DNA of 58,938 nucleotides from Limisphaerales bacterium. Its GTDB lineage: Bacteria > Verrucomicrobiota > Verrucomicrobiia > Limisphaerales > JAYPEY01. This document shows, in pieces, positions 16,480 to 26,198 of the stretch. How positions within the stretch are numbered: the first letter of the stretch is position 1; every line of letters begins with the position of its first letter. The stretch spans positions 1 to 58,938 of the forward strand of contig JBLHKZ010000001.1 of assembly GCA_047618185.1 (NCBI GenBank), written 5' to 3'. A program made the position numbers and the translations under genes. Below the pieces are notes generated by a model that was not told the origin of the DNA, ran no database searches, and saw only the letters and a list, made by a program, of their open reading frames with translations.

Positions 16480-16783
16480 TGAGCCTCGTGACCGCGATGC
16501 CGTTGGACAGCATCTCCATCTGTGGACTGACCAGCTGTGGTTGCGAAAGCTGGCCCAAATAACGAATGATCGCGAGATGCAGCGTGTCGACCTCTTCGTC
16601 GCTCTTGCTCAGGTTCGCCAGTTTCTTCGGCGAGCGGTCGACGATCGCCGGAATGAGCGCGTCGGTCATTTGGCGCATCCCAAACAGAAACAACGCCAAG
16701 GCGCCGGTTGTCGCGGGATCGTTCACCGAAGCACTTTGCCAAACGCGCCAACAGGCGAACAAGTGGATATCGGTCCATCCCAC
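16480..16783 (-). pseudogene. Probable remnant of a Na/Pi-cotransporter (NptA-like) gene; boundaries approximate
   Basis: GALALFLFGMRQMTDAL (an N-terminal NptA-type motif) is fused directly to a PhoU-like segment, SDEEVDTLHLAIIRYLGQLSQPQLVSPQ. The transmembrane core is absent. Confidence 0.35.
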
Positions 16784-16898
16784 AAAGCATATTGGCGTTC
16801 AGAACCACAACGGCGGCAGGAATGCGCTGCTGCGCGTCCGCAGCATAGCCCCTATCTCATCAAAAAAAGGATCCGCGTCAGCGACAAGTCCTAAGCCA

Positions 16899-16926
16899 GG
16901 ACGCGCAGCAGCGCATCCCTACCGCG
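16899..16926. repeat. Half-copy of the GGACGCGCAGCAGCGCATCCYTACCG intergenic repeat family
   Basis: ggacgcgcagcagcgcatccctaccgcg is nearly identical to 20348..20373 and to the reverse complement of 37426..37457. Confidence 0.7.
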
Positions 16927-16991
16927 CGATTCTTATCCGGCGCTTCTCGTTTCCATCAAGCATAGTAGCCTCCGGAGCTTGAGGCGCCCGA

Positions 16992-19154
16992 TCAATCATT
17001 ACCGGACGCCTTCGTGTATTTCACAGTCAGGGCGATATCCCGCAGGTTTCGCGCACTTCTCGCGGCGCGGACTTTAACTGAATCCCAAAGCGCCTCACCT
17101 GTCTCCGGGCTGTTCGCGGCGCCAAAGCCAATCTCATTTCGATAGCCCGTTCGCGGCGCAAATTTGCCCGTCCCGTCGATGCGAAGCTGACCGTCCACAT
17201 AGACGCGAATGTCGTCATTGCGCATAACGATTCGGTAGTCATGAAAGTCCGATGTCGTGTCCATCTCCCATCGCAGCCCGCGATTGTGATAAAACACGAT
17301 TCCACCCGGCGCGAAGTGCAGACGCTCGGCCGAGCGGCCGTTGCTGAAAATCAGATAGCTCGAGCCAGTCACGACCTTGACGCGCGCTTCGATGACGCAC
17401 TCGCGCGTCGCGTCCGCGCCCCAGGCATAGCGGTAGTATCGATAATCTCGGCCTTCCTCGCCTCGGTCCGCGATAAGAAACGCTCCATTGGCCGCCTTCT
17501 CCACGATCCGTTTACTGCCGGGATCCGGCCGCCACGGTCGCGGCGGTCGGGACGCGCCATCGAAGGTTAGCGTCCATTCGTCCGGATCGGGATCCGGGTC
17601 CGGTTTCAGCGCGACCGCAATCTCGTTCCGCCCCGTTCGCATTTCATCGCCAATCTCGAAATCAAGCCAACCCTCTGTCCGCCGGCCTTCCGGCAACGCC
17701 TTTCCATTCAGACGAACCTCGAGCAGGTCGGCGTCCGCAAGATCCGGCAAATCGATGTGGAGTCGCGCGTCAACTCGATATCCCGCCGCTTCGGCGCCGG
17801 CCAGGTCTTCGTTCACCACGATCGTGGTCGAACTTACCTGACCGGTTTTCAAAATCATCGGATGACGAGGCGACAGCAGAGGCCGCGTCCGATAACGCTC
17901 TCCGTCCGCCAGCCATCGATTCGCCGTCCCGTCCGTGAAGGTGACGAAATACAATTTGTCACGAAACTTCAGGGCCTTGGCATCGCCCAGCTCGCGCCAC
18001 ACCGGGGAGTTGGGATTGAAGTTGTTAAACAGCTGGAGGCCATCCGCCCCGGCCGCCCAGGCATTGACGGCGCGGGCGCGATAGGATTCGAGGGACATTC
18101 GCTTGAAACGCGTCTCGTCCGCCACTCGCGTGTCCGTCAGACAAGGTGAAACTTTCACGTTGTGTTTTCGGCCCCACGCAATGCTGTGCGTCCAGTCGTG
18201 CAGCCGGAAGTAACCCGAGGGAATGAAAACATCGACCAACCCCTCCTTCATCCACCGATCGACATCCAGCCCCATATCCCGGCAGAACTCAGCCGAATCC
18301 GGCGTGCGGATGGACACCAGAATCGGACGGCCGCGCCGAAGCCCAACCTCCTCGGTCATGCGACGAATGCGCCGCATCAATTCCGTGATCATGGCGCATT
18401 CCTCCGCGGAAGCTTTGCCCCCGTTGGCCACGCTCGGGAAATAACAAAGATGGCGGAAGTAATCGAGCTCGACGCCGTCCACATCGTAGTTCTTGCAGAC
18501 CTCCTCAAGGTAACGAAAGGCGAGCTCGCAAACCTCCGGCAACGCGTAATTCACCGACGTCCAACGCCCGTATGGTGTCCGCTTCACTTCCTCTCCCACC
18601 AGCCATTCAGGATGCCGCTCCTTGAGTTTGGGAAAGAGAAAATAGGGCTTCGCCTTTGTATGCGCCGCGTCGTGCGTGTCGTTCATGCGCATCGACCAGA
18701 TGAACTCGATATCCTCCTTCGCGCAGAACGTCTCGATCACCTTGAGCACGTCATTCCCCTCATCGATCAAATCGCGCGCGATGTTGCGTTTGTCCGGCGA
18801 CAGCCCGAAGTCCGAGGGCGAATGCTCCAACACTTCGCCAATCTTGGTGTGATGCGTAAACTGTCCAAACCCCGAACTGATCGAGCAATACGCGATCGCA
18901 TCGACCTGCGAATCGGCGAGATTCGTCGTGCGAAGCTTTAGGAAATTCTCCGGCGTGGCTTCGAGATTGCGCGGGAAATAGAGACAGTCGCAGCCGTCGT
19001 TGTTCATGATCAATCGCCGCGGCTCATTGGCCAGCCGGGTTCGTTCGGCGCGAAGCTCTTCCAGATTCGCAATGGGAGCGGCCGCGGCGTTCATCGCGAA
19101 CATCGCCAACAAAACGAGGGACGCGCAGCGGCGGTGGGAGGGAATCGAGATCAC
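16992..19154 (-). CDS. Secreted hypothetical protein, glycoside-hydrolase-like N-terminal region plus C-terminal concanavalin/LamG-like domain
   Basis: 720 aa with a GTG start and a signal peptide. The assignment is weak and rests on general resemblance only (MNNDGCDCLYFP...; C-terminal beta-sandwich-like YRIVMRNDDIRVYVDGQL). Confidence 0.6.
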   Translation of the reverse strand: MISIPSHRRCASLVLLAMFAMNAAAAPIANLEELRAERTRLANEPRRLIMNNDGCDCLYFPRNLEATPENFLKLRTTNLADSQVDAIAYCSISSGFGQFTHHTKIGEVLEHSPSDFGLSPDKRNIARDLIDEGNDVLKVIETFCAKEDIEFIWSMRMNDTHDAAHTKAKPYFLFPKLKERHPEWLVGEEVKRTPYGRWTSVNYALPEVCELAFRYLEEVCKNYDVDGVELDYFRHLCYFPSVANGGKASAEECAMITELMRRIRRMTEEVGLRRGRPILVSIRTPDSAEFCRDMGLDVDRWMKEGLVDVFIPSGYFRLHDWTHSIAWGRKHNVKVSPCLTDTRVADETRFKRMSLESYRARAVNAWAAGADGLQLFNNFNPNSPVWRELGDAKALKFRDKLYFVTFTDGTANRWLADGERYRTRPLLSPRHPMILKTGQVSSTTIVVNEDLAGAEAAGYRVDARLHIDLPDLADADLLEVRLNGKALPEGRRTEGWLDFEIGDEMRTGRNEIAVALKPDPDPDPDEWTLTFDGASRPPRPWRPDPGSKRIVEKAANGAFLIADRGEEGRDYRYYRYAWGADATRECVIEARVKVVTGSSYLIFSNGRSAERLHFAPGGIVFYHNRGLRWEMDTTSDFHDYRIVMRNDDIRVYVDGQLRIDGTGKFAPRTGYRNEIGFGAANSPETGEALWDSVKVRAARSARNLRDIALTVKYTKASGND

Positions 19155-19257
19155 AATTCGTTTCTACCCGACGTTTGCGGACGGTAGCGAATCAAATCTC
19201 CCCGGCAATTGTCGGCGGGCTTGCAAGGCGCGGCGATCTTCGTAAGCTCCGGCCCCT

Positions 19258-20238
19258 ATGCGAATTCTGTCTGGCATTCAGCCCTCGGGCGCGCTGCACA
19301 TCGGCAATTATTTCGGGATGATGAAGCCCGCCATCGAGCTCCAGGAGCGCGGCGAGAGCTACTATTTCGTCGCGAATTATCACTCGATGACCTCGCTCTT
19401 CGACGCCGAGCAACGACGGGCCAATTCGCTGGAAGTCGCCCTCGATTTCCTCGCCTGCGGCCTCGACCCCAAGAAGTCTTTTTTCTGGAAGCAGTCCGAC
19501 GTGCCGGAAGTCACGGAACTAACCTGGCTGCTGAGCACGATGACGCCCATGGGGCTCCTCAAGCGCTGTCACAGCTACAAGGACAAGATGGAAAAACTCA
19601 GCGGCGGCGACGAGGAGACGGTTAACCACGGACTGTTCGCCTACCCGGTCCTGATGGCGGCGGACATTCTGGCATTCGATTCCAATGTCGTGCCTGTTGG
19701 CCGCGACCAGAAGCAACATGTCGAGGTTACCCGTGACATCGCCAACAAGTTCAACAATCAGTACGGCGAGACTTTTGTCATTCCCGAACCGGAAATCAGG
19801 GATTCCGTCGCCGTCGTGCCCGGCACGGACGGGCAGAAGATGAGCAAAAGCTACGGCAACACGATCGAGATCTTCGGCGAGGAGAAGCCGCTGAAAAAGA
19901 AGATCATGAAGATCGTGATGGACAGCCGACCGCCCGAGGAGCCCAAGCCCGACGCCGAGAGCAACAACGCGATCCAGTTATTGAAACTGGTCGCGCCAGC
20001 CGAGGTCGCGAAAGAGTGGGAAGAAAAGCTGCGCGCGGGCGGACCTGGCTACGGCGACTTAAAGAAAGCGCTGTTCGAACATTATTGGAATTGTTTTGAG
20101 GAGCCGCGCAAGAAGCGCGCGGAACTCGAGCAGAATCTGGATTACGTGAATCAGGTTCTCAAGGACGGCGCCGCGAAGGCCAAAGTCGTGGCGGGCGTCG
20201 TGCTCCAGCGCGCCAAGAAGGCCTGTGGTCTGGATTAA
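19258..20238 (+). CDS. trpS: Tryptophan--tRNA ligase
   Basis: MRILSGIQPSGALHIGNYFG (HIGH-type motif) and KMSKS are present; 326 aa. Confidence 0.95.
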   Translation: MRILSGIQPSGALHIGNYFGMMKPAIELQERGESYYFVANYHSMTSLFDAEQRRANSLEVALDFLACGLDPKKSFFWKQSDVPEVTELTWLLSTMTPMGLLKRCHSYKDKMEKLSGGDEETVNHGLFAYPVLMAADILAFDSNVVPVGRDQKQHVEVTRDIANKFNNQYGETFVIPEPEIRDSVAVVPGTDGQKMSKSYGNTIEIFGEEKPLKKKIMKIVMDSRPPEEPKPDAESNNAIQLLKLVAPAEVAKEWEEKLRAGGPGYGDLKKALFEHYWNCFEEPRKKRAELEQNLDYVNQVLKDGAAKAKVVAGVVLQRAKKACGLD

Positions 20239-20265
20239 GCGAAACGCCGATAAACTTTCCATTGA

Positions 20266-20374
20266 GCGGTAGGAATGCGCTACCGCGTGTCCGCCTCCCG
20301 ATCAATCACCACGCTCGGCTGAGTTTAAGCGCCCGGCGGCATGCCACGGACGCGCAGCAGCGCATCCTTACCGG
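20266..20374. repeat. Inverted pair of the GGTAGG...CCTACC repeat family between convergent genes
   Basis: 20266..20295 (gcggtaggaatgcgctaccgcgtgtccgcc) is about 80% reverse-complementary to 20347..20374 (cggacgcgcagcagcgcatccttaccgg). The pair lies between the trpS and hydrolase stop codons. Confidence 0.65.
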
Positions 20375-20407
20375 AAAATTCAGCTAGGTTCTCTCTTCGA
20401 CGGGGAC

Positions 20408-21154
20408 TCATTTTGTGTGGCTCAGGAACCACTCGTAGAGCTTCGGGTTGTCGTAGCTCTCCGTCCAGGAATTGTGGCCGGCTTCGGGATAAACCGTCAG
20501 CTTCACGTTCTCGTTCCCAAGTTCCTTCAAAGCCTCGACCATCCGCTCCGATTCGTTAACCGGCACAACCGTGTCCTTGCCTCCGTGAAACGCCCAGACG
20601 GGCAGTGATTTCAACGGATGGTCCTTCGTGCGGCGCGCGAGCCGGATATTGATCGTGACGCCGCCGCCGCAAATCGGCGCGACCGCCGCGAAACGTTCCG
20701 GACGCCGCACGGCCAAGTCCCAGGAGCCATAGCCGCCCATGCTCAGCCCGGTCAGATAAATCCGCTTCTCATCCACGGCGTGCCGCACCGCGACATCGTC
20801 GAGCAACGCAAACAGGGTCTCGGGCCGCCAGGTCTCCCCGGCCGGACATTGCGGCGAGATAACGATGAACGGAAAATCCGGTTTACCTTTTGCGATCATG
20901 GGCGGGCCATGAACCGTGACTTTCTCAAGGTTGTCGCCGCGCTCTCCCGCTCCGTGAAGGAAGAAGATCGTGGGCCATCGTTTCGCGGACTGAGCATCAT
21001 AGCCCTCTGGCAGATGAAGTTTGTAGCGAAGCTCAACGGGAGCCGGCTTGACGCTGAAACTTCGGGAGGTCTGCCCGATCTGCGGGCTCGTCGCGCAACC
21101 GCTCGCCAGGGCGATAGCCAGACAAGGGAGAAGGAACTGAATGCGTTTTTTCAT
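20408..21154 (-). CDS. Alpha/beta-hydrolase lipoprotein (carboxylesterase/predicted peptidase type)
   Basis: Lipobox LASGC, FFLHGAGERGDN, nucleophile elbow GLSMGGYG, and HGGKDTVVP...GHNSW. Confidence 0.8.
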   Translation of the reverse strand: MKKRIQFLLPCLAIALASGCATSPQIGQTSRSFSVKPAPVELRYKLHLPEGYDAQSAKRWPTIFFLHGAGERGDNLEKVTVHGPPMIAKGKPDFPFIVISPQCPAGETWRPETLFALLDDVAVRHAVDEKRIYLTGLSMGGYGSWDLAVRRPERFAAVAPICGGGVTINIRLARRTKDHPLKSLPVWAFHGGKDTVVPVNESERMVEALKELGNENVKLTVYPEAGHNSWTESYDNPKLYEWFLSHTK

Positions 21155-21259
21155 GGTTCGTTTTCAGGACAGGAATTCGGGCGGAAACACGGAGCAAAAC
21201 CATTGTCGCAATCCGCGAGTCTGAAAAGGGCAATTTCGCGCACAGGCCGGCTGGCTCGA

Positions 21260-22477
21260 TCACAGGCACTTCCAAAACGTCAGACCGACAAACCCCATCA
21301 ATGCGGCGTGCGAGGCCCAACCAAGCGCCTTCACGCCCGCGCGAGGGGCAACCGGAAAAGACGATCCATGGCGAGGGATCGTCGCGAACCCCAACAACCA
21401 GCCCGTCGCCAATCCACCCAGATGGGCCGCGTTGTCGATGATCTGAAACGCCGCCAACCCCACCAGCGTAATGAAGATAAGATCGGCAAACAGAAGGCGG
21501 CGAAAATTCCGCGGAATGACGGAAGGTCGGCGCCGCCCCAACGCGACCAGAAAACCGAATAATCCAAGAATCCCGCCGGAAAAACCGACCGTGGGCACGT
21601 CCGGCATGAACGTCAGGCTGGCGAGACTTCCGCCCAGCGCCGACAGGAATAGCACGAGCGACGCCACCGGACCGTTGGTCAACCGGACCACGAAGCGCCC
21701 CAGCAGAAAGAGCACGAAGCAATTCATCAAAAGATGCGCGGAGCCGCCATGCAACAACGTGCCCGTGATCAGCCTCCAATATTCACCGTCTCGCACGAGG
21801 TCCTTTAAAAGTCCCGCGGACTTGAGCGACGCCGGCATCACAAACAGACCGGGATCGTCGATGAAATGCTGCATGGCGCCGAGCGCGAGCAGCGCAATGC
21901 ACAGATTCTGAATGGTCGGCGCGCGACCGTGAGCGAGCCATTCCTGAAAGCGCATCGTTCTCGCCGAACGCCGCAGACTTGCGGACGAAGAGTTTCGCGC
22001 GACAAGGAGGGCGGCACAACCTCGGACCAACGGGAACAGACCCAGGAACGCTGCCGGGATCAACACTCCGGGCAAGTAATGCATATGCGCTCCGTATTCG
22101 ACCTGAGTGAGAATCCAGGCCAGCGAAAGCCAAATCACCAGATGGCAAATCCCAGACTTTATCCCGGACTTCGCGTCCTTTCTGATACGCCTGACAACCG
22201 CGTCTTGAAGAAAGGGTATCTCACGAACACTGCGCAAGTTCGGGCTCTCGGGCGTCCAGACTTGCGTGACCCGGGTGGCCGAAAGGTCCTCAATGCGCGC
22301 GATGAGTTCCTCCCGGGTGCAACTTCTTGGGCGAAGCCGATAGCGCGGCCAACGTCCGATTTGCTCATAGTAACCGTAGTCGCTTTCGATCGGGCGGCCG
22401 CCGTAGAAATCAGAACGATCCCACGGCAATGTCGGCGGCGCCTTGACGGCTTTGGGTTGTGACGGTTCGAGTTCCAT
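21260..22477 (-). CDS. Rhomboid-family intramembrane serine protease with N-terminal cytoplasmic extension
   Basis: The start is ATG at 22477 (MELEPSQ), because the ORF-track start at 22735 would overlap pheA. Motifs are YWRLITGTLLHGGSAHLLMN and GFSGGILGLFG. Confidence 0.8.
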   Translation of the reverse strand: MELEPSQPKAVKAPPTLPWDRSDFYGGRPIESDYGYYEQIGRWPRYRLRPRSCTREELIARIEDLSATRVTQVWTPESPNLRSVREIPFLQDAVVRRIRKDAKSGIKSGICHLVIWLSLAWILTQVEYGAHMHYLPGVLIPAAFLGLFPLVRGCAALLVARNSSSASLRRSARTMRFQEWLAHGRAPTIQNLCIALLALGAMQHFIDDPGLFVMPASLKSAGLLKDLVRDGEYWRLITGTLLHGGSAHLLMNCFVLFLLGRFVVRLTNGPVASLVLFLSALGGSLASLTFMPDVPTVGFSGGILGLFGFLVALGRRRPSVIPRNFRRLLFADLIFITLVGLAAFQIIDNAAHLGGLATGWLLGFATIPRHGSSFPVAPRAGVKALGWASHAALMGFVGLTFWKCL

Positions 22478-22577
22478 CGGCGCGCAGCATCGCACGAGAG
22501 GCACGGCGGTAGCAATCGACGAAAAACTGACTGTTGCCGGCCGGTCAATCGAGCGTCGGGATGGGCGCCCGAAAACT

Positions 22578-23639
22578 TCAATCCATGGTCGGGTAGGAGC
22601 CCAGGACTTTGACCAGGCTGCAATGGTCGCTGAGCGACTTGAGCGCGTTGGCCACCTTCGTGTCTTTCTCGTGGCCGTCGATATCAACGAAGAAGAAATA
22701 CTCCCACGCCTTGCGCTTGCTGGGCCGCGACTCAATTTTGGTCATGTTGATGCGGCGACGGCGAAAGGGCTCCAGCGCCTTGTGAAGCGCCCCGGTTTTG
22801 TGGGCGATGCTGAACATCAGACTGGTGCGATCCGCGCCCGTCGGATCAGGGCTATTCCGCCCCAGGATCAGAAATCTCGTGGCATTGCCGACGTTGTCCT
22901 GAATACCAGACTGGATGATTTTCAATTTGTAGAGATCGGCGGCTAGTGAACTAGCGATCGCCGCGGAGCCTCGTTCCTTCCCCGCGAATTCAGCCGCCCG
23001 AGTCGTGGACGAAGTTTCCACCACCTCAACCTGCGGAAGATGGGCCTGAATCCAGGCTCGGCACTGCGCCAATGCCTGAGGATGGCTGTAGAGCCGCTTG
23101 ATCCCGCTTTGTTTGGTCTTGCCGATCAAGCAGTGATTAATCGGCATCAGCGCCTGCGCAACGATCTTCAGTTCGCTGTCGACGAACAGATCCAGGGTAT
23201 GAGTGATGACGCCCTCGGTGGAATTCTCGATCGGGACGACGCCGTAGTCCGCGTTCTTTCGAGTCACCTCGGCAAACACGTCAGCGATGGTCTTCTGCGG
23301 CGCATAATTGAGACTGGCGCCGAAGCGGCCCAACGCGGCCTGGTGAGTGTAGGTCGCTTCCGGACCCAGATAGGCGACGGTCATCGATCCATGCAGGGAG
23401 AGCGAGGCTGAGATTACTTCGCGGTAAATGGCGAGCAATGATTCGTTGGAAATGGGCCCTTCGTTCAAGCGACGCAAGCGATCCGTCAGGCGCTTGATGC
23501 GATCCGGGGTATAAAGCTCCTGGCCGGTCTTCGATTTGCTGGCGCCGATCTCCAGCACATGAGTCGTGCGCGCATTGAGCAGTCGGACGATTTCGGCGTC
23601 CAGCTTGTCAATGGCTTTGCGATGCTCGGCCGTGTTCAT
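22578..23639 (-). CDS. pheA: Bifunctional chorismate mutase/prephenate dehydratase (P-protein)
   Basis: An N-terminal CM helix (IDKLDAEIVRLLNAR), a PDT domain (VAYLGPEATYTHQA...ENSTEG) and a C-terminal ACT region (TSLMFS...ESRPSK). Confidence 0.92.
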   Translation of the reverse strand: MNTAEHRKAIDKLDAEIVRLLNARTTHVLEIGASKSKTGQELYTPDRIKRLTDRLRRLNEGPISNESLLAIYREVISASLSLHGSMTVAYLGPEATYTHQAALGRFGASLNYAPQKTIADVFAEVTRKNADYGVVPIENSTEGVITHTLDLFVDSELKIVAQALMPINHCLIGKTKQSGIKRLYSHPQALAQCRAWIQAHLPQVEVVETSSTTRAAEFAGKERGSAAIASSLAADLYKLKIIQSGIQDNVGNATRFLILGRNSPDPTGADRTSLMFSIAHKTGALHKALEPFRRRRINMTKIESRPSKRKAWEYFFFVDIDGHEKDTKVANALKSLSDHCSLVKVLGSYPTMD

Positions 23640-23651
23640 AGGACAAAGGGG

Positions 23652-24467
23652 TTATTCGTCTTTCTCGCCGTCGTCGATTTCGGGCGGTTCCGAATCCGGC
23701 GCGGCCTCGGGGGCGGAGTCTTCAACAACCGTCGACTCGGCATTGGTTTCTTCCTGCTCCGCCTCATTTGAGGTTTCCGGCTCGGGATTGCCCTCGCCCG
23801 CTGGCTTCCCTCCCTCCACCTCTTCCAGCGACATTTGTTCGTCTACCTGGGTTGCGAGGTCGGGATTGGCCGTGACAAGCGTCTCGGGCTTTTGGACGGG
23901 AATCCGGCGCAGGTCGTCGGCCGCAGGCAAATCGTCCAGCGTGCCCAGGCCGAAATACTCCAGAAAAACGGCCGTAGTGCCGTACAGCGCGGGACGGCCG
24001 GGCAGTTCCGCCTGGCCGACCTTCTCCGCCAGGCCGCGCTCGACCAGGGTGGTGACGACGCCATCCACCGCCACGCCGCGAATGTCCTCCATCTCGGAAC
24101 GGGTCAGCGGCTGGCGATAGGCAATGATCGCGAGGGTCTCCAACGCCGGTTGGGAAAGACGCGCCGGACGAGGCTTCTCGCCCAAGAGCGCTCGCAGCCA
24201 GGGATGGTATTCCGGCTGACTGGCAAACTGCCACGATCCCGCAATGCAAATCAGACGATACGACCGCCCAGCCGATTCGTGTTCGTCGGTAATCTGTTGC
24301 AGCGCGTTCTCGATATCGACGGCCTTGGGCTTCTTGAGCTTCTTGACCGCATCTTCGCCCTCTTCGGCGTGCTTGGCGGCGTTGTTCAACACCTCCCGCA
24401 GCTCTTTCGGGCTGAGCGGTTTCTGGGCGGAGAACAGGATCGCCTCCAATACATTCTTCAATTCCAT
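23652..24467 (-). CDS. scpB: Segregation and condensation protein B
   Basis: VLEAILFSAQKPLSPKEL and IAYRQPLTRSEMEDIRGV are present, with an acidic C-terminal tail. It lies directly downstream of scpA. Confidence 0.9.
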   Translation of the reverse strand: MELKNVLEAILFSAQKPLSPKELREVLNNAAKHAEEGEDAVKKLKKPKAVDIENALQQITDEHESAGRSYRLICIAGSWQFASQPEYHPWLRALLGEKPRPARLSQPALETLAIIAYRQPLTRSEMEDIRGVAVDGVVTTLVERGLAEKVGQAELPGRPALYGTTAVFLEYFGLGTLDDLPAADDLRRIPVQKPETLVTANPDLATQVDEQMSLEEVEGGKPAGEGNPEPETSNEAEQEETNAESTVVEDSAPEAAPDSEPPEIDDGEKDE

Positions 24468-24482
24468 CGTGCGGCCTTAAAA

Positions 24483-25475
24483 TTACGATTCGGTTGTCTG
24501 GTCATCCTCGTCCTCATCCTCATCCTCATCCTCATCCTCGTCCTCATCCTCATCCTCATCCTCATCCTCGTCCTCGTCCTCATCCTCATCCTCGACGACA
24601 GCGACTTCAACCTGAGCCGGCTGATCATCCAACACAGGCTGGTCAAACAACGACGCCTGAGCAACGGACGCCGCTTTCGCTTCCTCGTCCTCCCGGGCTT
24701 CGTCGGCCGCGCGTTCGGCATCTTCCGCCCGGCGTTCTTCCTCCTCGACACGAACGACATCAATCTCGCTGAAAGGCTGATCTTGATCGACGCGCATCTG
24801 ACGCATCCGGATCAGCTCCAACATGGCCAGAAACGTCACGACGACTTCGGCGCGGCTGGTGGCATCGGCGAACAATTCGGAAAATTGAAAGCGCGGCAAG
24901 TTGCCGAGCCGGACCCGAATGAGCTCGATTTTTTCGCTAACGGTCCATCTGTCCTCGTAGATCTCGCGCGTGTCAGCATCGCGCTCGTCGAAGCGCTTGA
25001 TGATAACATTGACGGCGTTGACCAGGTCAAAGATCGAGACGCGCGAATCCGGCCCGAGCGTCGCTTGAGGAGTCTCAAAATCGGGTTTCGGCGCGAGACG
25101 CGCATAGATTTGCTCCTGCTCCTCGGCGCGGTTCAGCAATCCGGCGGCGACATCCTTAAATTTCTTGTACTGAACAAGCTGGCGAATCAACTCCCAGCGG
25201 GGATCGCCCTCGTCCTCGTCTTCCTCGTCAGTCACCTGCTTATCGACCGGCAGCAGCTCCTTGCTCTTGATGTACATGAGCGTCGAGGCCATGACGAGAA
25301 ACTCACCGGCGACCTCCAGATCAAGCTCGCGCATGAGTTCGACGTATTCGATGAATTCCTTGGCGATCTTGGTCAGATTGACCTGATAGATGTCCACTTC
25401 CTCCTTGCGAACGAGGTAGAGCAGCAGATCCAGCGGACCCTCAAATAATTCAATCTGTACTTTGTAATCAGCCAT
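24483..25475 (-). CDS. scpA: Segregation and condensation protein A with poly-(Glu-Asp) C-terminal tail
   Basis: MADYKVQIELFEGPLDLLLYLVRKEEVDIY at the N-terminus. The C-terminus is (ED) x about 15. Confidence 0.92.
   Translation of the reverse strand: MADYKVQIELFEGPLDLLLYLVRKEEVDIYQVNLTKIAKEFIEYVELMRELDLEVAGEFLVMASTLMYIKSKELLPVDKQVTDEEDEDEGDPRWELIRQLVQYKKFKDVAAGLLNRAEEQEQIYARLAPKPDFETPQATLGPDSRVSIFDLVNAVNVIIKRFDERDADTREIYEDRWTVSEKIELIRVRLGNLPRFQFSELFADATSRAEVVVTFLAMLELIRMRQMRVDQDQPFSEIDVVRVEEEERRAEDAERAADEAREDEEAKAASVAQASLFDQPVLDDQPAQVEVAVVEDEDEDEDEDEDEDEDEDEDEDEDEDEDEDDQTTES
24505..24594. repeat. Coding hexanucleotide microsatellite (TCCTCR)x15
   Basis: Fifteen contiguous TCCTCG/TCCTCA units carry a higher-order 30-bp repeat. 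They encode the ScpA poly-ED tail. Confidence 0.95.
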
Positions 25476-25741
25476 TTTAAGCGCGGGGCGCCCGGTCGTG
25501 AAAATACGACAGAGGCGGGATGGTAAGGGGACTCACGGAGCTTTGGCAATGCCGGAGCTTACCGAACGGACGATTGGCGAAGGAATCGGAAACTTCCCCT
25601 TTCGGGAGGGGATATTTCAACCCGTCGACGGAGGAGGAATTAAGGGGGGGAAATCGGGGTAAGTTCGCTCCGACTATCCTTTGTTGCCAGAGATCCACCG
25701 CCGCGTTCAAAGACGCAAGATTGCTACACGCCAGACGAAGC

Positions 25742-26194
25742 TCACTGCTTCGGACGCAAGAGGATCGCCTTGTTGGACATGCCTTCCACTTCGATGCTGT
25801 GCGTCTCGACGGTTTCGTCGTCCTTCAGAGCATTGTGGATGATCCGTCGCTCGAATGCGTTCATCGGCTCAAGCTCGACGATGTCGCCCCAGCGTCGGAC
25901 CTTCTCGGCGGCGTCCTGGGCCTTGTTCACCAGCGCCTCATGAGCCTGCGTGCGATAGTTGCCCACATCGACTGTGATTTTGGGCGCGGAACGGTCCTTC
26001 TGGAACACGATGCGGTTGACGAGGTATTGCAGTTGGGAAAGCGTCTTGCCCTGGCGCCCGATCAGGCGTCCGGAATCTTCGGTCTCCAGTTCGAGCAACA
26101 CGCCGTCGTCGAGCTGGCGCTCCTCGACCTTGACGTCGTCGAAGTGCAACAGCTTGATGATTTCTTCGAGAGTGGTTTTCGCTTGATTGGACAT
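25742..26194 (-). CDS. jag: KH/R3H RNA-binding protein Jag
   Basis: ATG at 26194 (MSNQAKTT). Motifs are GRLIGRQGKTLSQLQYL (KH) and MNAFERRIIHNAL (R3H). The start lies 4 nt after the yidC stop. Confidence 0.85.
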   Translation of the reverse strand: MSNQAKTTLEEIIKLLHFDDVKVEERQLDDGVLLELETEDSGRLIGRQGKTLSQLQYLVNRIVFQKDRSAPKITVDVGNYRTQAHEALVNKAQDAAEKVRRWGDIVELEPMNAFERRIIHNALKDDETVETHSIEVEGMSNKAILLRPKQ

Positions 26195-26198
26195 AAGA

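Noticed and set aside
21260-22735. The full 491-aa version of the rhomboid ORF.
   Set aside because: Its first 86 codons overlap the 3' end of pheA and encode an Arg/Ser-rich low-complexity stretch. The ATG at 22477 gives a sensible start.
23835-25448. A 537-aa plus-strand ORF spanning scpB and scpA that includes LILILILVLILI repeats.
   Set aside because: The repeat is simply the reverse-complement reading of the scpA poly-ED microsatellite. Both sense genes are well supported.
25476-25741. The 266-bp gap between jag and scpA as a possible ncRNA (6S, SRP or RNase P RNA).
   Set aside because: I see no conserved signature, such as GAGGAAAGTCC of RNase P RNA or the SRP domain IV motif. Only a short hairpin (CCCCT-TTCGGG-AGGGG) is present. 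A covariance-model scan would be needed to say more.
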